Shown: piece by piece, positions 1-9,234 of the stretch
Position numbering within the stretch: position 1 is the first letter of the stretch
How the letters are laid out: every line of letters starts with the position of its first letter
Assembly: GCA_964634205.1 (NCBI GenBank)
Contig: CAZWKE010000003.1
Span: forward strand, 9,268 to 73,267
Source: an uncultured Spirochaetaceae bacterium
GTDB taxonomy: Bacteria; Spirochaetota; Spirochaetia; SZUA-6; RPPD01
Direction: 5' to 3'
Length of the DNA: 64,000 nucleotides
The notes under the pieces: model-generated
What the model saw: only the letters and a program-made list of their open reading frames with translations
What the model was told of the DNA's origin: nothing
Database searches by the model: none
Translations under genes and position numbers: made by a program

Positions 1-181
1 CCGTGGGATCCTTGATTTTATTTGCTTTTAACAGCACATCAAGCGGGATATTAAAGCGTTTGGCAATCCGGAACAGGTTGTCGCCTTTTTTGATCTCATA
101 ATAATTGCCGTTGGCATAGCAAAGCGCCAGCACACAAAATAATATAACGACGAGCAAATTCTTTTTTGGTAGTTGTATCAT
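1..181 (-). CDS. LysM domain-containing secreted protein, N-terminal fragment (gene continues past window start)
   Basis: Reverse-complement of 1..181 translates as MIQLPKKNLLVVILFCVLALCYANGNYYEIKKGDNLFRIAKRFNIPLDVLLKANKIKDP. This is a signal peptide followed by a canonical LysM motif. ATG at 181..179 is preceded by a GTAGGTG Shine-Dalgarno-like sequence. No stop inside the window. Confidence 0.5.
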   Translation of the reverse strand, partial: MIQLPKKNLLVVILFCVLALCYANGNYYEIKKGDNLFRIAKRFNIPLDVLLKANKIKDPT

Positions 182-252
182 GGGGACACCTACTCTAATA
201 TTCGGCGTACTCCACGTGAAACTGAAACCGGACGGGAAAATAAAGAAGAAGT

Positions 253-325
253 TCGGGCTGGGGAGACTTGAACTCCCGGCCTCTCGGTCCCGAACCGAGC
301 GCGCTAGCCACTGCGCTACAGCCCG
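253..325 (-). tRNA. tRNA-Pro (anticodon CGG)
   Basis: Reverse complement folds as a cloverleaf. Acceptor CGGGCTG/CAGCCCG; D stem GCGC/GCGC; anticodon stem CTCGG/CCGAG with loop TTCGGGA; T stem GGGAG/CTCCC with loop TTCAAGT; discriminator A. CCA is not encoded. Confidence 0.85.
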
Positions 326-353
326 AAAAAAAAGCCCCCGATTAAGGGGCGGA
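326..353 (-). terminator. Terminator-like hairpin plus U8 in the tRNA-Asp 3' trailer, immediately before tRNA-Pro
   Basis: Minus-strand reading is GCCCC-TTAATC-GGGGC followed by TTTTTTTT. This is a canonical intrinsic-terminator shape. It abuts the tRNA-Pro 5' end, so it may be a partial terminator or a processing signal. Confidence 0.3.
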
Positions 354-428
354 CGGGAGCGACGGGACTTGAACCCGCGATCTCCGGCTTGACAGGCCGG
401 CGCGATAACCAAGCTTCGCTACGCCCCC
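354..428 (-). tRNA. tRNA-Asp (anticodon GTC)
   Basis: Reverse complement GGGGGCGTAGCGAAGCTTGGTTATCGCGCCGGCCTGTCAAGCCGGAGATCGCGGGTTCAAGTCCCGTCGCTCCCG. Acceptor has one G-U pair; D stem GCGA/TCGC; anticodon stem CCGGC/GCCGG with loop CTGTCAA; T stem GCGGG/CCCGT with loop TTCAAGT. Confidence 0.85.
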
Positions 429-439
429 TTTAAAAAGTT

Positions 440-468
440 ACTATAGTCGTACTGTTTGTACTTGTCAA
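440..468 (-). promoter_or_regulatory. Sigma-70 promoter for the tRNA-Asp/tRNA-Pro unit
   Basis: Minus-strand TTGACA (463..468), a 17-nt spacer, then TATAGT (440..445). The tRNA-Asp 5' end lies 11 nt downstream. Confidence 0.55.
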
Positions 469-589
469 GTGTAAAATGAAAAATACCCTGTTTATACGCT
501 TTTGTCAATCATTTAACGGCAATTGACATTTCAGTGCTTTAATGATATTTTAACTGCCTACTATATTATAATCAGAAAAGGGAATTGAA

Positions 590-2248
590 ATGGCATCGAG
601 AGAAATGCGCAGAATTAAGCAAAAGAAAAACCAGGAACAAGCGGAAAAAACAAAGAGTAAATTCGCCACCAACACCTTTTCGGCGATAATCATCCTTATT
701 ATTGTCTTCGGCTTTTTATTTACTTTTTTTCGCGGCGGTTTTCAACCTGCCACACGCATAAGCTTCGGCAGTTATGCGGGGAAAGATATTGTCTGGGAAT
801 ATGACAATTACTTCGGCCGCATGGTTGATACAGATTACAACCAGAGGGAGGAAGCCCTGAAAAGCCAGCTGCAGGCGGCGAAAACCGATGAGGAAAAAGC
901 CAAGATAAAAAAGCAGTTAAACGAGTTTACCATGGGTATGGTAATGCAGCGTGACTTTAAGAAAATCGTTTTTCATGTAGCCGTCCTATTGGAGGCAGAA
1001 AGAAGCGGGGTCAGGGTATCCGATAAACGCGTGCAGCAGGCTGTTGCGGATTTTTTCAGAAGTGAGCTTTTAAAATATGACGAAAAAAGACAGCGGGAAA
1101 ACAAGTTTTTGGATCTGTATGTAAAACACAAGGATTATTTCAGGGAATCAATGCTTGATCTTCAGTATAATTACGATAGGCGCGCACTCCTTGTACCGCC
1201 TTCGCTCGATGCCTTTCAGAGGCAGTACATGTGGGATTTCAGCCGCTTGCTGACCAGCCCCAAAGAGGTTGAATATGCCGCCCGGATCGGCAAAGAACAG
1301 AGAAAATTCGATTTTGTGCTCTTTAACTACGACGATTACCCGATCTCCAAGATCCTGGAATATGTCAACTCGGACCCGGCACATAAAGAAAAGTTTCTTA
1401 CCATAAACCTGAGCAGAATTATCTTCACGGGAAGCAAAGAGGAGGCACAAAGCCTGCGCAGCGATATTATCAACGGGAAAATAAGTTATGAGGAAAAAGC
1501 GGACAAGGTGAAGAAAAAGGATGAATACGCCGCTGATGTTGTGGAACAGTATCCGTATTACTATTATGAGTTGGAAGATATCGTAAAAGACAAGGCAAAA
1601 GCCCTGCTCGACCTGAAAACCGGGGAACTCAGTCGGCCAATCCAGATCGATGAGAAGGGAAATAAATGGATTATCTATCGCTGTGAAAAAGAAGTACAGC
1701 AACCGGATTTTTCAAACCCCAAAATGCAGCATGCGGTAATGGCATACCTGAAGTTCAAAGAGATGTCGACGATTCAGAAGTATTTTGAAGACAGGGCCAA
1801 AGAACTGAAAAAGAACGCCGCCGCCCGCGGGTTTACCGCGGCCTGTAACCGGATGGGAATAACCCACTATACAACGGACTACTTTTCCTTGAACTATGAG
1901 ACATTGAACTTTATTGACGCCACCATCTCGAAGGATGAAACTATTAAGAAGCTGGTGGAACCGGCCATGAAAAACCAGGACTTCTTTATCAAGGCCTTTT
2001 CACTGAAACAAAACCAGGTATCCGATCCCATTCCGCTGGAGAAGAGTATCATCGTGCTGCACCTGACCGATCAACGACAGCTGACACAGGATGAATATGA
2101 GAAGATTGAATCCGCGTATAAGAATTTCGCGGGATACTTTGCTTATACCGACTTAAACAAACTGCTGGTAAAAGATAAAAAGCTTGTGGACAAGGAACAA
2201 GAGGGTATTGCGGCCTATTACAGACTTATGCAATCTTTCAAAAGATAA
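590..2248 (+). CDS. Membrane-anchored periplasmic chaperone, SurA-N/PpiD-like (N-terminal transmembrane helix)
   Basis: 552 aa. Basic N-terminus followed by one hydrophobic helix (AIIILIIVFGFLF). Central region VAVLLEAERSGVRVSDKRVQQAVADF resembles the SurA_N/PpiD chaperone motif. Good RBS AAAAGGGA 8 nt before the ATG. Family assignment is tentative. Confidence 0.4.
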   Translation: MASREMRRIKQKKNQEQAEKTKSKFATNTFSAIIILIIVFGFLFTFFRGGFQPATRISFGSYAGKDIVWEYDNYFGRMVDTDYNQREEALKSQLQAAKTDEEKAKIKKQLNEFTMGMVMQRDFKKIVFHVAVLLEAERSGVRVSDKRVQQAVADFFRSELLKYDEKRQRENKFLDLYVKHKDYFRESMLDLQYNYDRRALLVPPSLDAFQRQYMWDFSRLLTSPKEVEYAARIGKEQRKFDFVLFNYDDYPISKILEYVNSDPAHKEKFLTINLSRIIFTGSKEEAQSLRSDIINGKISYEEKADKVKKKDEYAADVVEQYPYYYYELEDIVKDKAKALLDLKTGELSRPIQIDEKGNKWIIYRCEKEVQQPDFSNPKMQHAVMAYLKFKEMSTIQKYFEDRAKELKKNAAARGFTAACNRMGITHYTTDYFSLNYETLNFIDATISKDETIKKLVEPAMKNQDFFIKAFSLKQNQVSDPIPLEKSIIVLHLTDQRQLTQDEYEKIESAYKNFAGYFAYTDLNKLLVKDKKLVDKEQEGIAAYYRLMQSFKR

Positions 2249-3922
2249 ATGAAGCAGGAAGAACCGGAACTTCTTACTACCGGGAACTCGTTCACTGTAA
2301 AATACAAAGGCAAATTCCTTTATTCCAGCAAAAATCCTCTGGGCAATATCAAGCGGCTGATCTCCGCACTGACAATAAGGGAAAAAACCCTTGTCTTTGT
2401 CCCCGGTCTGGGACTGGGGTACGGCCTGCCGGAGCTCTTGGGGATCCTGCCTCCCGACAGCTACATACTTTGCGTGGAAAGCGATCAAAAACTGATGAAC
2501 CTCTGCCTGCGGACCGGGACGCTTTCCGGCTTACAGGACAAGCGGTTGATACTGCTGCGTACGGACAGCCCGCAGGCTGCAGTAAAAAGCCTTTTGGAAA
2601 TCGGCATACAAAATGTACGCAGGGTGCAAACCGTTGTGTTGTGCGCGGCCTACCATCTTTTCCCCGGTATATACAAAACAATAAGAGACGCGCTTGAAAT
2701 AAAAATAAAATACTATTGGCAGAACAAGATCACCACGATTTTTATGGGCAGGCTGATGGTAAAAAATTATTTCGCCAACCTGCCGCAGCTTTCCCGTATT
2801 CATGATATCAGTGCCCTCACAACGGACCTTCCGATTGTGGTCACAGGCGCCGGTCCCTCCCTTGACCATACCGTTGAGACATTACGGCGGATACGGAAAC
2901 ATGTACTAATTATGGCAACCGATACGGCGTTGAATAATCTGCTTGAACACGGCATCACTCCGGACTTCATCTTCAGTCTGGAAGCACAGTTCGTTAATCT
3001 GGAAGATTTCATCAGCAACAGCCGGTTCGACATTCCGCTTATCTGCGATTTCAGTGTCACCCCCCAGGTATTACGCCGGTTTACCACCGTATATTGTGTT
3101 TCCTCGGAATTCTTCAAACTGCGGATCTTCGATCGTCTGGCGAAAGCGGGGCTGCTGCCTTCGGCCATTCCTCCCCTTGGTTCGGTCGGAAACGCGGCCG
3201 TGTATTGCGCACTTATGGTTACCAGCGGCCCGGTGCTGCTGGCAGGTCTTGATTTTGCGTATGCGGGACAAACGACCCATGCCAAAAGCACATATTTTCA
3301 TAAATTAATGCTGGGAGGCTGCAACCGCCTAACGCCGATTGAGCAGTTCAATTTTACTGCGCTCCTGAAAAGACCGCTGTTTACCGTGGAAGGTAAAAAC
3401 GGCACCCCGCTGCTGACCGATTTGATTTTAAACTCATACGCTGAAAACCTGGGGAACCTGGTATCCATGCACCATAATCGAATCTTTGATATCAACCCTA
3501 CCGGTCTTGACTGCGGTGCCGAGCAATATACGGATAGAGAGCACCTGCAAGCACTGTTGGCACATTTTCAAAAAAAAGCTCCCAATTTGTCTCCCGCGGT
3601 GCGGCCCGGGAAGGCAGCCCATCGCGGCGCCGAAACTATCCTGGAATTCATTGCTCTCGAGGAAAAACTGTTACAGGAGGCCTTGGAAACCATTGAAGCA
3701 CTCCTGGGCAGGCCGGTGAAGGAACAGGACACGTTAAGTGAAGATGAGTATGAAACGGTAAAAGCGGTCGATTATATCTATTTTCACCTGGCTCACAAAA
3801 CCGCTCTGCCGCATTACACCCCAAGCCTGCTGCAGCATATAAAGGCCTTCTGCTATTTTTACCGGACAAAGATGGCCCGTATAAAAAAAGCAATCGCTGA
3901 GGTTACTCCTCAGATGTCTTAA
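2249..3922 (+). CDS. Motility-associated factor / DUF115 (6-hydroxymethylpterin diphosphokinase MptE-like) protein; putative flagellin glycosyltransferase
   Basis: 557 aa. Core LPIVVTGAGPSLD...IMATDTALNNLLEHGITPDFIFSLEAQ matches the Maf/DUF115 signature (GxGPSL followed by the D-T-A block). Translationally coupled to the upstream gene through TAAATG. Confidence 0.6.
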   Translation: MKQEEPELLTTGNSFTVKYKGKFLYSSKNPLGNIKRLISALTIREKTLVFVPGLGLGYGLPELLGILPPDSYILCVESDQKLMNLCLRTGTLSGLQDKRLILLRTDSPQAAVKSLLEIGIQNVRRVQTVVLCAAYHLFPGIYKTIRDALEIKIKYYWQNKITTIFMGRLMVKNYFANLPQLSRIHDISALTTDLPIVVTGAGPSLDHTVETLRRIRKHVLIMATDTALNNLLEHGITPDFIFSLEAQFVNLEDFISNSRFDIPLICDFSVTPQVLRRFTTVYCVSSEFFKLRIFDRLAKAGLLPSAIPPLGSVGNAAVYCALMVTSGPVLLAGLDFAYAGQTTHAKSTYFHKLMLGGCNRLTPIEQFNFTALLKRPLFTVEGKNGTPLLTDLILNSYAENLGNLVSMHHNRIFDINPTGLDCGAEQYTDREHLQALLAHFQKKAPNLSPAVRPGKAAHRGAETILEFIALEEKLLQEALETIEALLGRPVKEQDTLSEDEYETVKAVDYIYFHLAHKTALPHYTPSLLQHIKAFCYFYRTKMARIKKAIAEVTPQMS

Positions 3923-5705
3923 GCACGGAGAGAAACGCACTCTGCGGCAGCTCCACATTCCCGACCATCTTCATGCGCTTTTTGCCTTCCTTTTGCTTTT
4001 CCAGCAGTTTGCGCTTCCTGCTGATATCCCCGCCATAGCATTTGGCGGTGACATCTTTCCTTACCGCCGATATTGTCTCCCGGGCGATGATGCTGCTGCC
4101 GATTGCCCCCTGGATCGGTATCTTAAACTGATGGCGGGGAATTTCATCACGCAGTTTTTTACAGATATGCCGCGCGCGCGCGTAAGCATTTTCCTTGAAC
4201 ACCAGTTGGGACAGGGCATCCACGGGTTTCGCGTTTATCAGGATGTCCAGCTTGACCAGTTCGGTAATACGGTAGCCGATGAGCTCGTAATCAAACGACG
4301 CGTATCCGCGGGTGGAGGACTTCAGCTTATCATAAAAATCAAACAGAACCTCGGCCAGCGGCAGCTCATAATATACCTCTACCCTTTTTTCATCCAGATA
4401 GGTAAGACTCTGCTGCACTCCCCGCTTTTCCAGACAGATTGTCATGATATTCCCCAGGTACTCGGCGGGGGTAATAATCGCCGCCCGGATAAACGGTTCC
4501 TCCGCGCTTTCAACATAAACCGGATCGGGATATTCAAGGGGATTATCAATATTTTTGGTCTCACCGCTTTTTAAGTGTATTTTATAGCGGACCGAGGGAG
4601 CGGTAAACACAATGGAAAGCCCGTATTCACGTTCAATCCTCTCCTGAATAATCTCCAGATGCAGCAGTCCCAGAAAACCGCAGCGAAATCCGAATCCCAA
4701 GGCAACCGAAGAATCCTTTTCAAAAACCAGCGAGGCGTCGTTTAACTTCAGTTTATCCATGGCGGCGGCAAGCTCTTCGTATTCATTGGAATCTACCGGA
4801 TAGATAGAAGAAAATACAACGGGCTTTACCTCGCGAAACCCCTTAACCGCCCGGTTACAGGGATTCTCATCCAAGGTCACCGTATCACCCACCCGCGTAT
4901 CCCGGATGGTCTTGATTCCGGCAATAAAATACCCGACCTCCCCCGCGTGCAGTCCCTTTGATTTTTCCAGGTTAATTTTAAAAATACCGGTTTCTTCAAC
5001 CTTATACACCGTGCCGTTTGACCAGAAACGTATCTCATCATTTTTCTTTATGCTTCCTTCGAACACCCGGATATGCACCACGACCCCACGATACGAATCA
5101 TAATGTGAGTCGAAGATCAGGGCCTTCAGGGGTTCTTTATCCGAACCCTGGGGCGGTGGAATACGCGCCACCATCCCCTCAAGCAGTTCCTCCACACCGC
5201 TGCCCGTTTTGGCGGAAATACAATACGCCGATTCCGCGTCCAGGCCGAGATCATGTTCGATCTGTTTCTTTACATTTTCGATATCGGCTCCCGGCAGATC
5301 GATCTTATTGATCACCGGGATTATTTCCAGATTATGCTCCAGGGCAAGATACATATTGGAAAGGGTCTGTGCCTCCACCCCCTGGGTGGCGTCAACCAAC
5401 AGCAGAGCGCCTTCACAGGCGAAAATGGCCCGTGAAACCTCGTATGAAAAATCCACGTGGCCGGGGGTGTCAACCAGGTTCAGCAGGTAATCATCACCGC
5501 CCTGTGAGCGGTACGGCAGGGAGATGGCCTGGGACTTGATGGTAATACCCCGCTCACGCTCGATATCCATACTGTCAAGGATTTGATCATGAAAGTTCCT
5601 GTCCTCCACAATATGCGAGCGTTGAATAAACCGATCGGCGAGTGTTGACTTCCCGTGGTCGATATGCGCAATAATGCAAAAATTTCTGATATAATTTCTG
5701 TCCAT
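3903..5705 (-). CDS. lepA: Elongation factor 4 (LepA)
   Basis: 600 aa. N-terminus MDRNYIRNFCIIAHIDHGKSTLADRF carries the G1 motif, followed by DTPGH, NKID, and a LepA-type C-terminal domain. Confidence 0.95.
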   Translation of the reverse strand: MDRNYIRNFCIIAHIDHGKSTLADRFIQRSHIVEDRNFHDQILDSMDIERERGITIKSQAISLPYRSQGGDDYLLNLVDTPGHVDFSYEVSRAIFACEGALLLVDATQGVEAQTLSNMYLALEHNLEIIPVINKIDLPGADIENVKKQIEHDLGLDAESAYCISAKTGSGVEELLEGMVARIPPPQGSDKEPLKALIFDSHYDSYRGVVVHIRVFEGSIKKNDEIRFWSNGTVYKVEETGIFKINLEKSKGLHAGEVGYFIAGIKTIRDTRVGDTVTLDENPCNRAVKGFREVKPVVFSSIYPVDSNEYEELAAAMDKLKLNDASLVFEKDSSVALGFGFRCGFLGLLHLEIIQERIEREYGLSIVFTAPSVRYKIHLKSGETKNIDNPLEYPDPVYVESAEEPFIRAAIITPAEYLGNIMTICLEKRGVQQSLTYLDEKRVEVYYELPLAEVLFDFYDKLKSSTRGYASFDYELIGYRITELVKLDILINAKPVDALSQLVFKENAYARARHICKKLRDEIPRHQFKIPIQGAIGSSIIARETISAVRKDVTAKCYGGDISRKRKLLEKQKEGKKRMKMVGNVELPQSAFLSVLKTSEE

Positions 5706-5757
5706 AGTCTTGGATGCCTACTATAAAGAATTATTAATAATTCTGCAACTACGAAGA

Positions 5758-8016
5758 TTACACAAGATCCAGAATTTCGCGGATCTTTTTTTCCAGGGTA
5801 ACGATGGAAAACGGTTTTTGTAAAAAAAACGTCCCTTTTTTAAAGCCGTCTTTTTCTACGTACTCGTTTTCAAAATAGCCGGAGATAAAAAGAATCTTTA
5901 TGTTCGGCCGCAGCGCGAGCAGCCTTTCTGAAAGTTTTATACCGCTTAAATGCGGCATGACGATATCGGTAATCAAAAGATGGATGGGATCTTTATACTG
6001 CTCACAGATCAGCAATGCCTCGCCGGCATTGCTGGCCTCAAGCACATTATACCCGTATTTACCCAGAACCTTATACACCATCTCCCGAAATATGTCCTCA
6101 TCCTCAACCAAGAGGATTGATTCGGTCCCCTTTATAGGTGCCTGCACCTCCGCCGGTTCTTCATCCGGGGCCGCTTCCTCTTCCACCCGGGGCAGATAGA
6201 TATTGAAGTTTGTGCCGACACCCGGCGTGCTCTCAACAAAAATAAAGCCGTCACTTTGTTTTATAATTCCATATGCCGTGGAAAGCCCCAGTCCGGTCCC
6301 CTTGCCGGGAGCCTTTGTGGTAAAAAACGGCTCAAATATCTTCTCTTTTAACTCGTTGGCCATGCCGTGTCCCGTATCGGAAACCCGCAGCAACACATAC
6401 GGTCCGTTCTTTAAACCGATAAACTTTTCCCGGATTTGTTCGGTGATGGTGATATTCAGGCTCTCAATAGTAAGCTTCCCGCCTTCACGCATGGCATCAC
6501 GCGCGTTTAAGGCAAGGTTTATCAGTACCTGTTCAATCTGTACCGGATCGATTTTTACCTGCCAGAGTTTATCGTCCAGAATGGTAAAAAGAAGTATATT
6601 TTCCGGCAGCAGCCGCTTCAGCATTCGCTCCAGGTCCAGGATCAACGTATTAAGATTTATTATTTTCGGCTGCAGCACCTGCCTGCGGGAAAAGGCAAGC
6701 AACTGCTTGGTCAGGATGGCCGCTTTTTTGCCGGCCTTGAGGATGGAAACCACATCATTACGGATGCTGTCGTCTTCACCCACGGTTTCCAGAATAAGAT
6801 CCGAATATCCGATGATGGCGCCAAGCAGATTGTTGAAATCATGGGCAATTCCGCCGGCCAGACGGCCGATACCCTCCATTTTATTGGACTGAATAAGCTG
6901 GGCCTCTATTTTTTTCTGTTCCGTATTATCAATAATATATCCCTTGAACCGCTTCAACTCTCCGCTTTTTAAAAACTCTCCCACAATGTTGGCCGTAATA
7001 TAAAGGGGCTGCCGATTTTTGTTCATGAATTTGGTGTTATACTGTTTTAATCGTTTGTTTTTCTTCAACTGCTCTATCAGACCGTTTTTTTCAAATAATG
7101 CCGGGAAAAACAGTGACAGGTTTTTCTTCTCCACCTGCTCCACCGATTCATATCCCAGGATGGAAGCAAAGGCCTGGTTGCAAATCAGGATGATCCCGCC
7201 CGCGGTCGCTATAAAGTCGCCGGTCAGATCATCCTCGAAAAAATGCCGGTATCGCTCTTCGCTTCTATGGAGGGCCTGTTTGGCAAGCTCATGCGCCGTT
7301 ACGTCGTGGTATACGTAAACCTTCCCCATATTCTGTTCCGTCATACTCATAATGGGTGCCACACTTGATTTAATAAAGCGTTTTTCACCGTTTTTGGTAA
7401 CAAGTTGTTTGAACTGCCTGTTCCTGGTTTTTTCCGGACTTATATCATTCCCCGTATCTATAAATTTGACGATATCATTCAATTTTTTGCCCAGGGCCTT
7501 CGCCCTGTCTACGCCGGTAAAGGCTGCTGCTTTGGGATTAAAAAAACGGATGTTGTCCTCATTATCGGTGACCACCACCGCGTCACCGATACTTTGCAGT
7601 GTGGTAAACAGCAGCTGTTCCCGTTCTTTTATAATATTCTGCGTTTTATGCCGATAAAGCGCTATCTCAATATTGATGTGCAGTTCGCGTTCCTCGAACG
7701 GTTTAAGAATATAGCCGAAGGGCTCGGTTATTTTTGCGCGCTTTAAAGTGGTATTTTCCGCATAGGCGGTTATATAAACGATAGGCACCGCGTAGGTCTT
7801 GAGGATCTCCGCGGCCGCCTCCACCCCGTCCATTTTCCCGCTGAGCTTGATATCCATCAAAACCAGGTCCGGTCGGGATTCCAATACCATCGCAACCGCT
7901 TCTTCACCGGAAGAAGCGATCCCCGGGACCTCATACCCCAGCTTTTCCAGACGCTTTCTCATATCCAAGGAGACAATATTTTCATCTTCTACAATAAATA
8001 TGCGCTTCTTTTCCAT
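5758..8016 (-). CDS. Hybrid sensor histidine kinase / response regulator (REC-PAS-PAS-HisKA-HATPase-REC)
   Basis: 752 aa. N-terminal REC (IFIVEDE...LVLMDIKL). PAS-like repeats. HisKA H-box GGIAHDFNNLL. HATPase G-boxes DTGHGM and GTGLGLS. C-terminal REC (ILLVEDED...LLITDIVMP). No transmembrane segment, so cytoplasmic. Confidence 0.9.
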   Translation of the reverse strand: MEKKRIFIVEDENIVSLDMRKRLEKLGYEVPGIASSGEEAVAMVLESRPDLVLMDIKLSGKMDGVEAAAEILKTYAVPIVYITAYAENTTLKRAKITEPFGYILKPFEERELHINIEIALYRHKTQNIIKEREQLLFTTLQSIGDAVVVTDNEDNIRFFNPKAAAFTGVDRAKALGKKLNDIVKFIDTGNDISPEKTRNRQFKQLVTKNGEKRFIKSSVAPIMSMTEQNMGKVYVYHDVTAHELAKQALHRSEERYRHFFEDDLTGDFIATAGGIILICNQAFASILGYESVEQVEKKNLSLFFPALFEKNGLIEQLKKNKRLKQYNTKFMNKNRQPLYITANIVGEFLKSGELKRFKGYIIDNTEQKKIEAQLIQSNKMEGIGRLAGGIAHDFNNLLGAIIGYSDLILETVGEDDSIRNDVVSILKAGKKAAILTKQLLAFSRRQVLQPKIINLNTLILDLERMLKRLLPENILLFTILDDKLWQVKIDPVQIEQVLINLALNARDAMREGGKLTIESLNITITEQIREKFIGLKNGPYVLLRVSDTGHGMANELKEKIFEPFFTTKAPGKGTGLGLSTAYGIIKQSDGFIFVESTPGVGTNFNIYLPRVEEEAAPDEEPAEVQAPIKGTESILLVEDEDIFREMVYKVLGKYGYNVLEASNAGEALLICEQYKDPIHLLITDIVMPHLSGIKLSERLLALRPNIKILFISGYFENEYVEKDGFKKGTFFLQKPFSIVTLEKKIREILDLV

Positions 8017-8079
8017 AATAATTTAATGATTAATCATCTACTATAAAGAATAACGCGATTATACGAATTGTCAATAATG

Positions 8080-8126
8080 AAAAAAATAGCCTTCTTTTTG
8101 AACACAAAAAGAAGGCCCTCCTTTTT
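8080..8126. terminator. Bidirectional intrinsic terminator downstream of tRNA-Val
   Basis: Stem GCCTTCTTTTT / AAAAAGAAGGC (8089..8116) with loop GAACAC. An A-run lies upstream (T-run on the minus strand) and CCTCCTTTTTAT lies downstream on the plus strand. Confidence 0.6.
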
Positions 8127-8127
8127 A

Positions 8128-8201
8128 TGGGCGACACGGGACTCGAACCTGTGACCCCCAGCGTGTCGAGCTGGTGCTCTAACCAACTGAGCTAGCCGCC
8201 C
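8128..8201 (-). tRNA. tRNA-Val (anticodon GAC)
   Basis: Reverse complement GGGCGGCTAGCTCAGTTGGTTAGAGCACCAGCTCGACACGCTGGGGGTCACAGGTTCGAGTCCCGTGTCGCCCA. D stem GCTC/GAGC; anticodon stem CCAGC/GCTGG with loop TCGACAC; T loop TTCGAGT. The T stem has one mismatch. Confidence 0.75.
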
Positions 8202-8222
8202 TTTAAATAATCATCAGGTGGT

Positions 8223-8251
8223 AGTATTTTAGAAAATTAAAGATTTGTCAA
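8223..8251 (-). promoter_or_regulatory. Putative promoter in the cheY-tRNA-Val spacer
   Basis: Minus-strand TTGACA (8246..8251), 17 nt, then AATACT (8223..8228). The -10 is weak. The tRNA may instead be co-transcribed with the che operon. Confidence 0.3.
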
Positions 8252-8268
8252 GTGAAAGGCCGCAAATT

Positions 8269-8703
8269 TTATTTCAGGGTCATCATTACCCGTTCCAGCA
8301 CCTTCTTACGGTCAAGCGGTTTTACAATATAGTTCTTGGCACCCAACAGGAGTGACTTCTTGACCAGGTCCTGTTTCCCCAGCGCACTGATCATAATAAT
8401 ATTCGCGTTTTTATCGAACTCAATAATCTTTTCCAGCGCGGCCACACCGTCCATAATGGGCATGGTAATATCCATGGTTACCAGGTCAACCTTCGGATAC
8501 AACTCCTTGTATTTTTCCAGGCCTTCTTCGCCGTTGGAGGCGGTCGCCGCGATCTCAAAACCTTCAGAAGTGAGGATCTGACCGATCTGTTTGGTCACAA
8601 ACATAGAGTCGTCAACAATAAGCACGCGAAACGCTTTTCCGTCTTCTCTTAAGCCTTCCGGTTTGCGTTGATTTATATTCGGAAAATCCATCTTTGTTTT
8701 CAT
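8269..8703 (-). CDS. cheY: Chemotaxis response regulator CheY
   Basis: 144 aa single REC domain (VLIVDDS...DLVTMDITMP...KNYIVKP). Strong RBS AAGGAGGA 7 nt upstream. Last gene of the che operon. Confidence 0.9.
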   Translation of the reverse strand: MKTKMDFPNINQRKPEGLREDGKAFRVLIVDDSMFVTKQIGQILTSEGFEIAATASNGEEGLEKYKELYPKVDLVTMDITMPIMDGVAALEKIIEFDKNANIIMISALGKQDLVKKSLLLGAKNYIVKPLDRKKVLERVMMTLK

Positions 8704-8715
8704 GTTAGGTCCTCC

Positions 8716-9180
8716 TTATTTTTTTTCTCGTATCGCGACATTTATTTCGATCTTACCAAATGTTGTTTGGATCGGAACAATCAATGCCTCAATTGCCACG
8801 TCCGTTACCTCCATGTTGCTTCCCGAAAAAATCGCGGGCGGGGTCAAATCAAATTGAAAGCCGATTTCATGCAACTTGGTTACGGCCTGGGCTGTAATCA
8901 TATTAGCCAATTCGGTAATTGTTGCCTTGGCGAGTTCATCATTTTTATCAATTTTTTCACCGTTCATGGCGGAGGCCACCTCTAACGCGGTCTTTTCAGC
9001 CATATCGAACAAAACCCGTCCTTCCACATCACCGGCCAGGCCGACTATCGCGGTTATCCCGAGGACAGGCATGGAACTCGATTTAAGATACAACTCACCG
9101 CGTTTCACCTCCGTCTTCAGAACCTCGGTTAAGATATTAAAGGCCGCTTCTACGAAAGGGTTTATATATTCAACTCTCAT
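8716..9180 (-). CDS. cheX: CheY-P phosphatase CheX
   Basis: 154 aa. Begins MRVEYINPFVEAAFNILTEV, typical of the CheX/CheC-like family. Sits between cheW and cheY as in spirochetes. Confidence 0.8.
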   Translation of the reverse strand: MRVEYINPFVEAAFNILTEVLKTEVKRGELYLKSSSMPVLGITAIVGLAGDVEGRVLFDMAEKTALEVASAMNGEKIDKNDELAKATITELANMITAQAVTKLHEIGFQFDLTPPAIFSGSNMEVTDVAIEALIVPIQTTFGKIEINVAIREKK

Positions 9181-9234
9181 AGTTTTGATTCCTCTCTTTC
9201 ATTATCACTACGGCTACGATTTTACTTTATTAAT

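Noticed and set aside
180-392. Plus-strand 70-aa ORF
   Set aside because: It lies entirely over the tRNA-Pro and tRNA-Asp genes on the opposite strand. The Arg/Pro-rich translation is typical of a tRNA shadow ORF.
1148-1702. Minus-strand 184-aa ORF inside the SurA-like gene
   Set aside because: Antisense shadow ORF with no RBS. The sense-strand gene has a coherent domain structure.
6203-6892. 229-aa plus-strand ORF inside the hybrid HK gene
   Set aside because: Antisense to well-supported HisKA/HATPase motifs. Ser-rich low-complexity translation.
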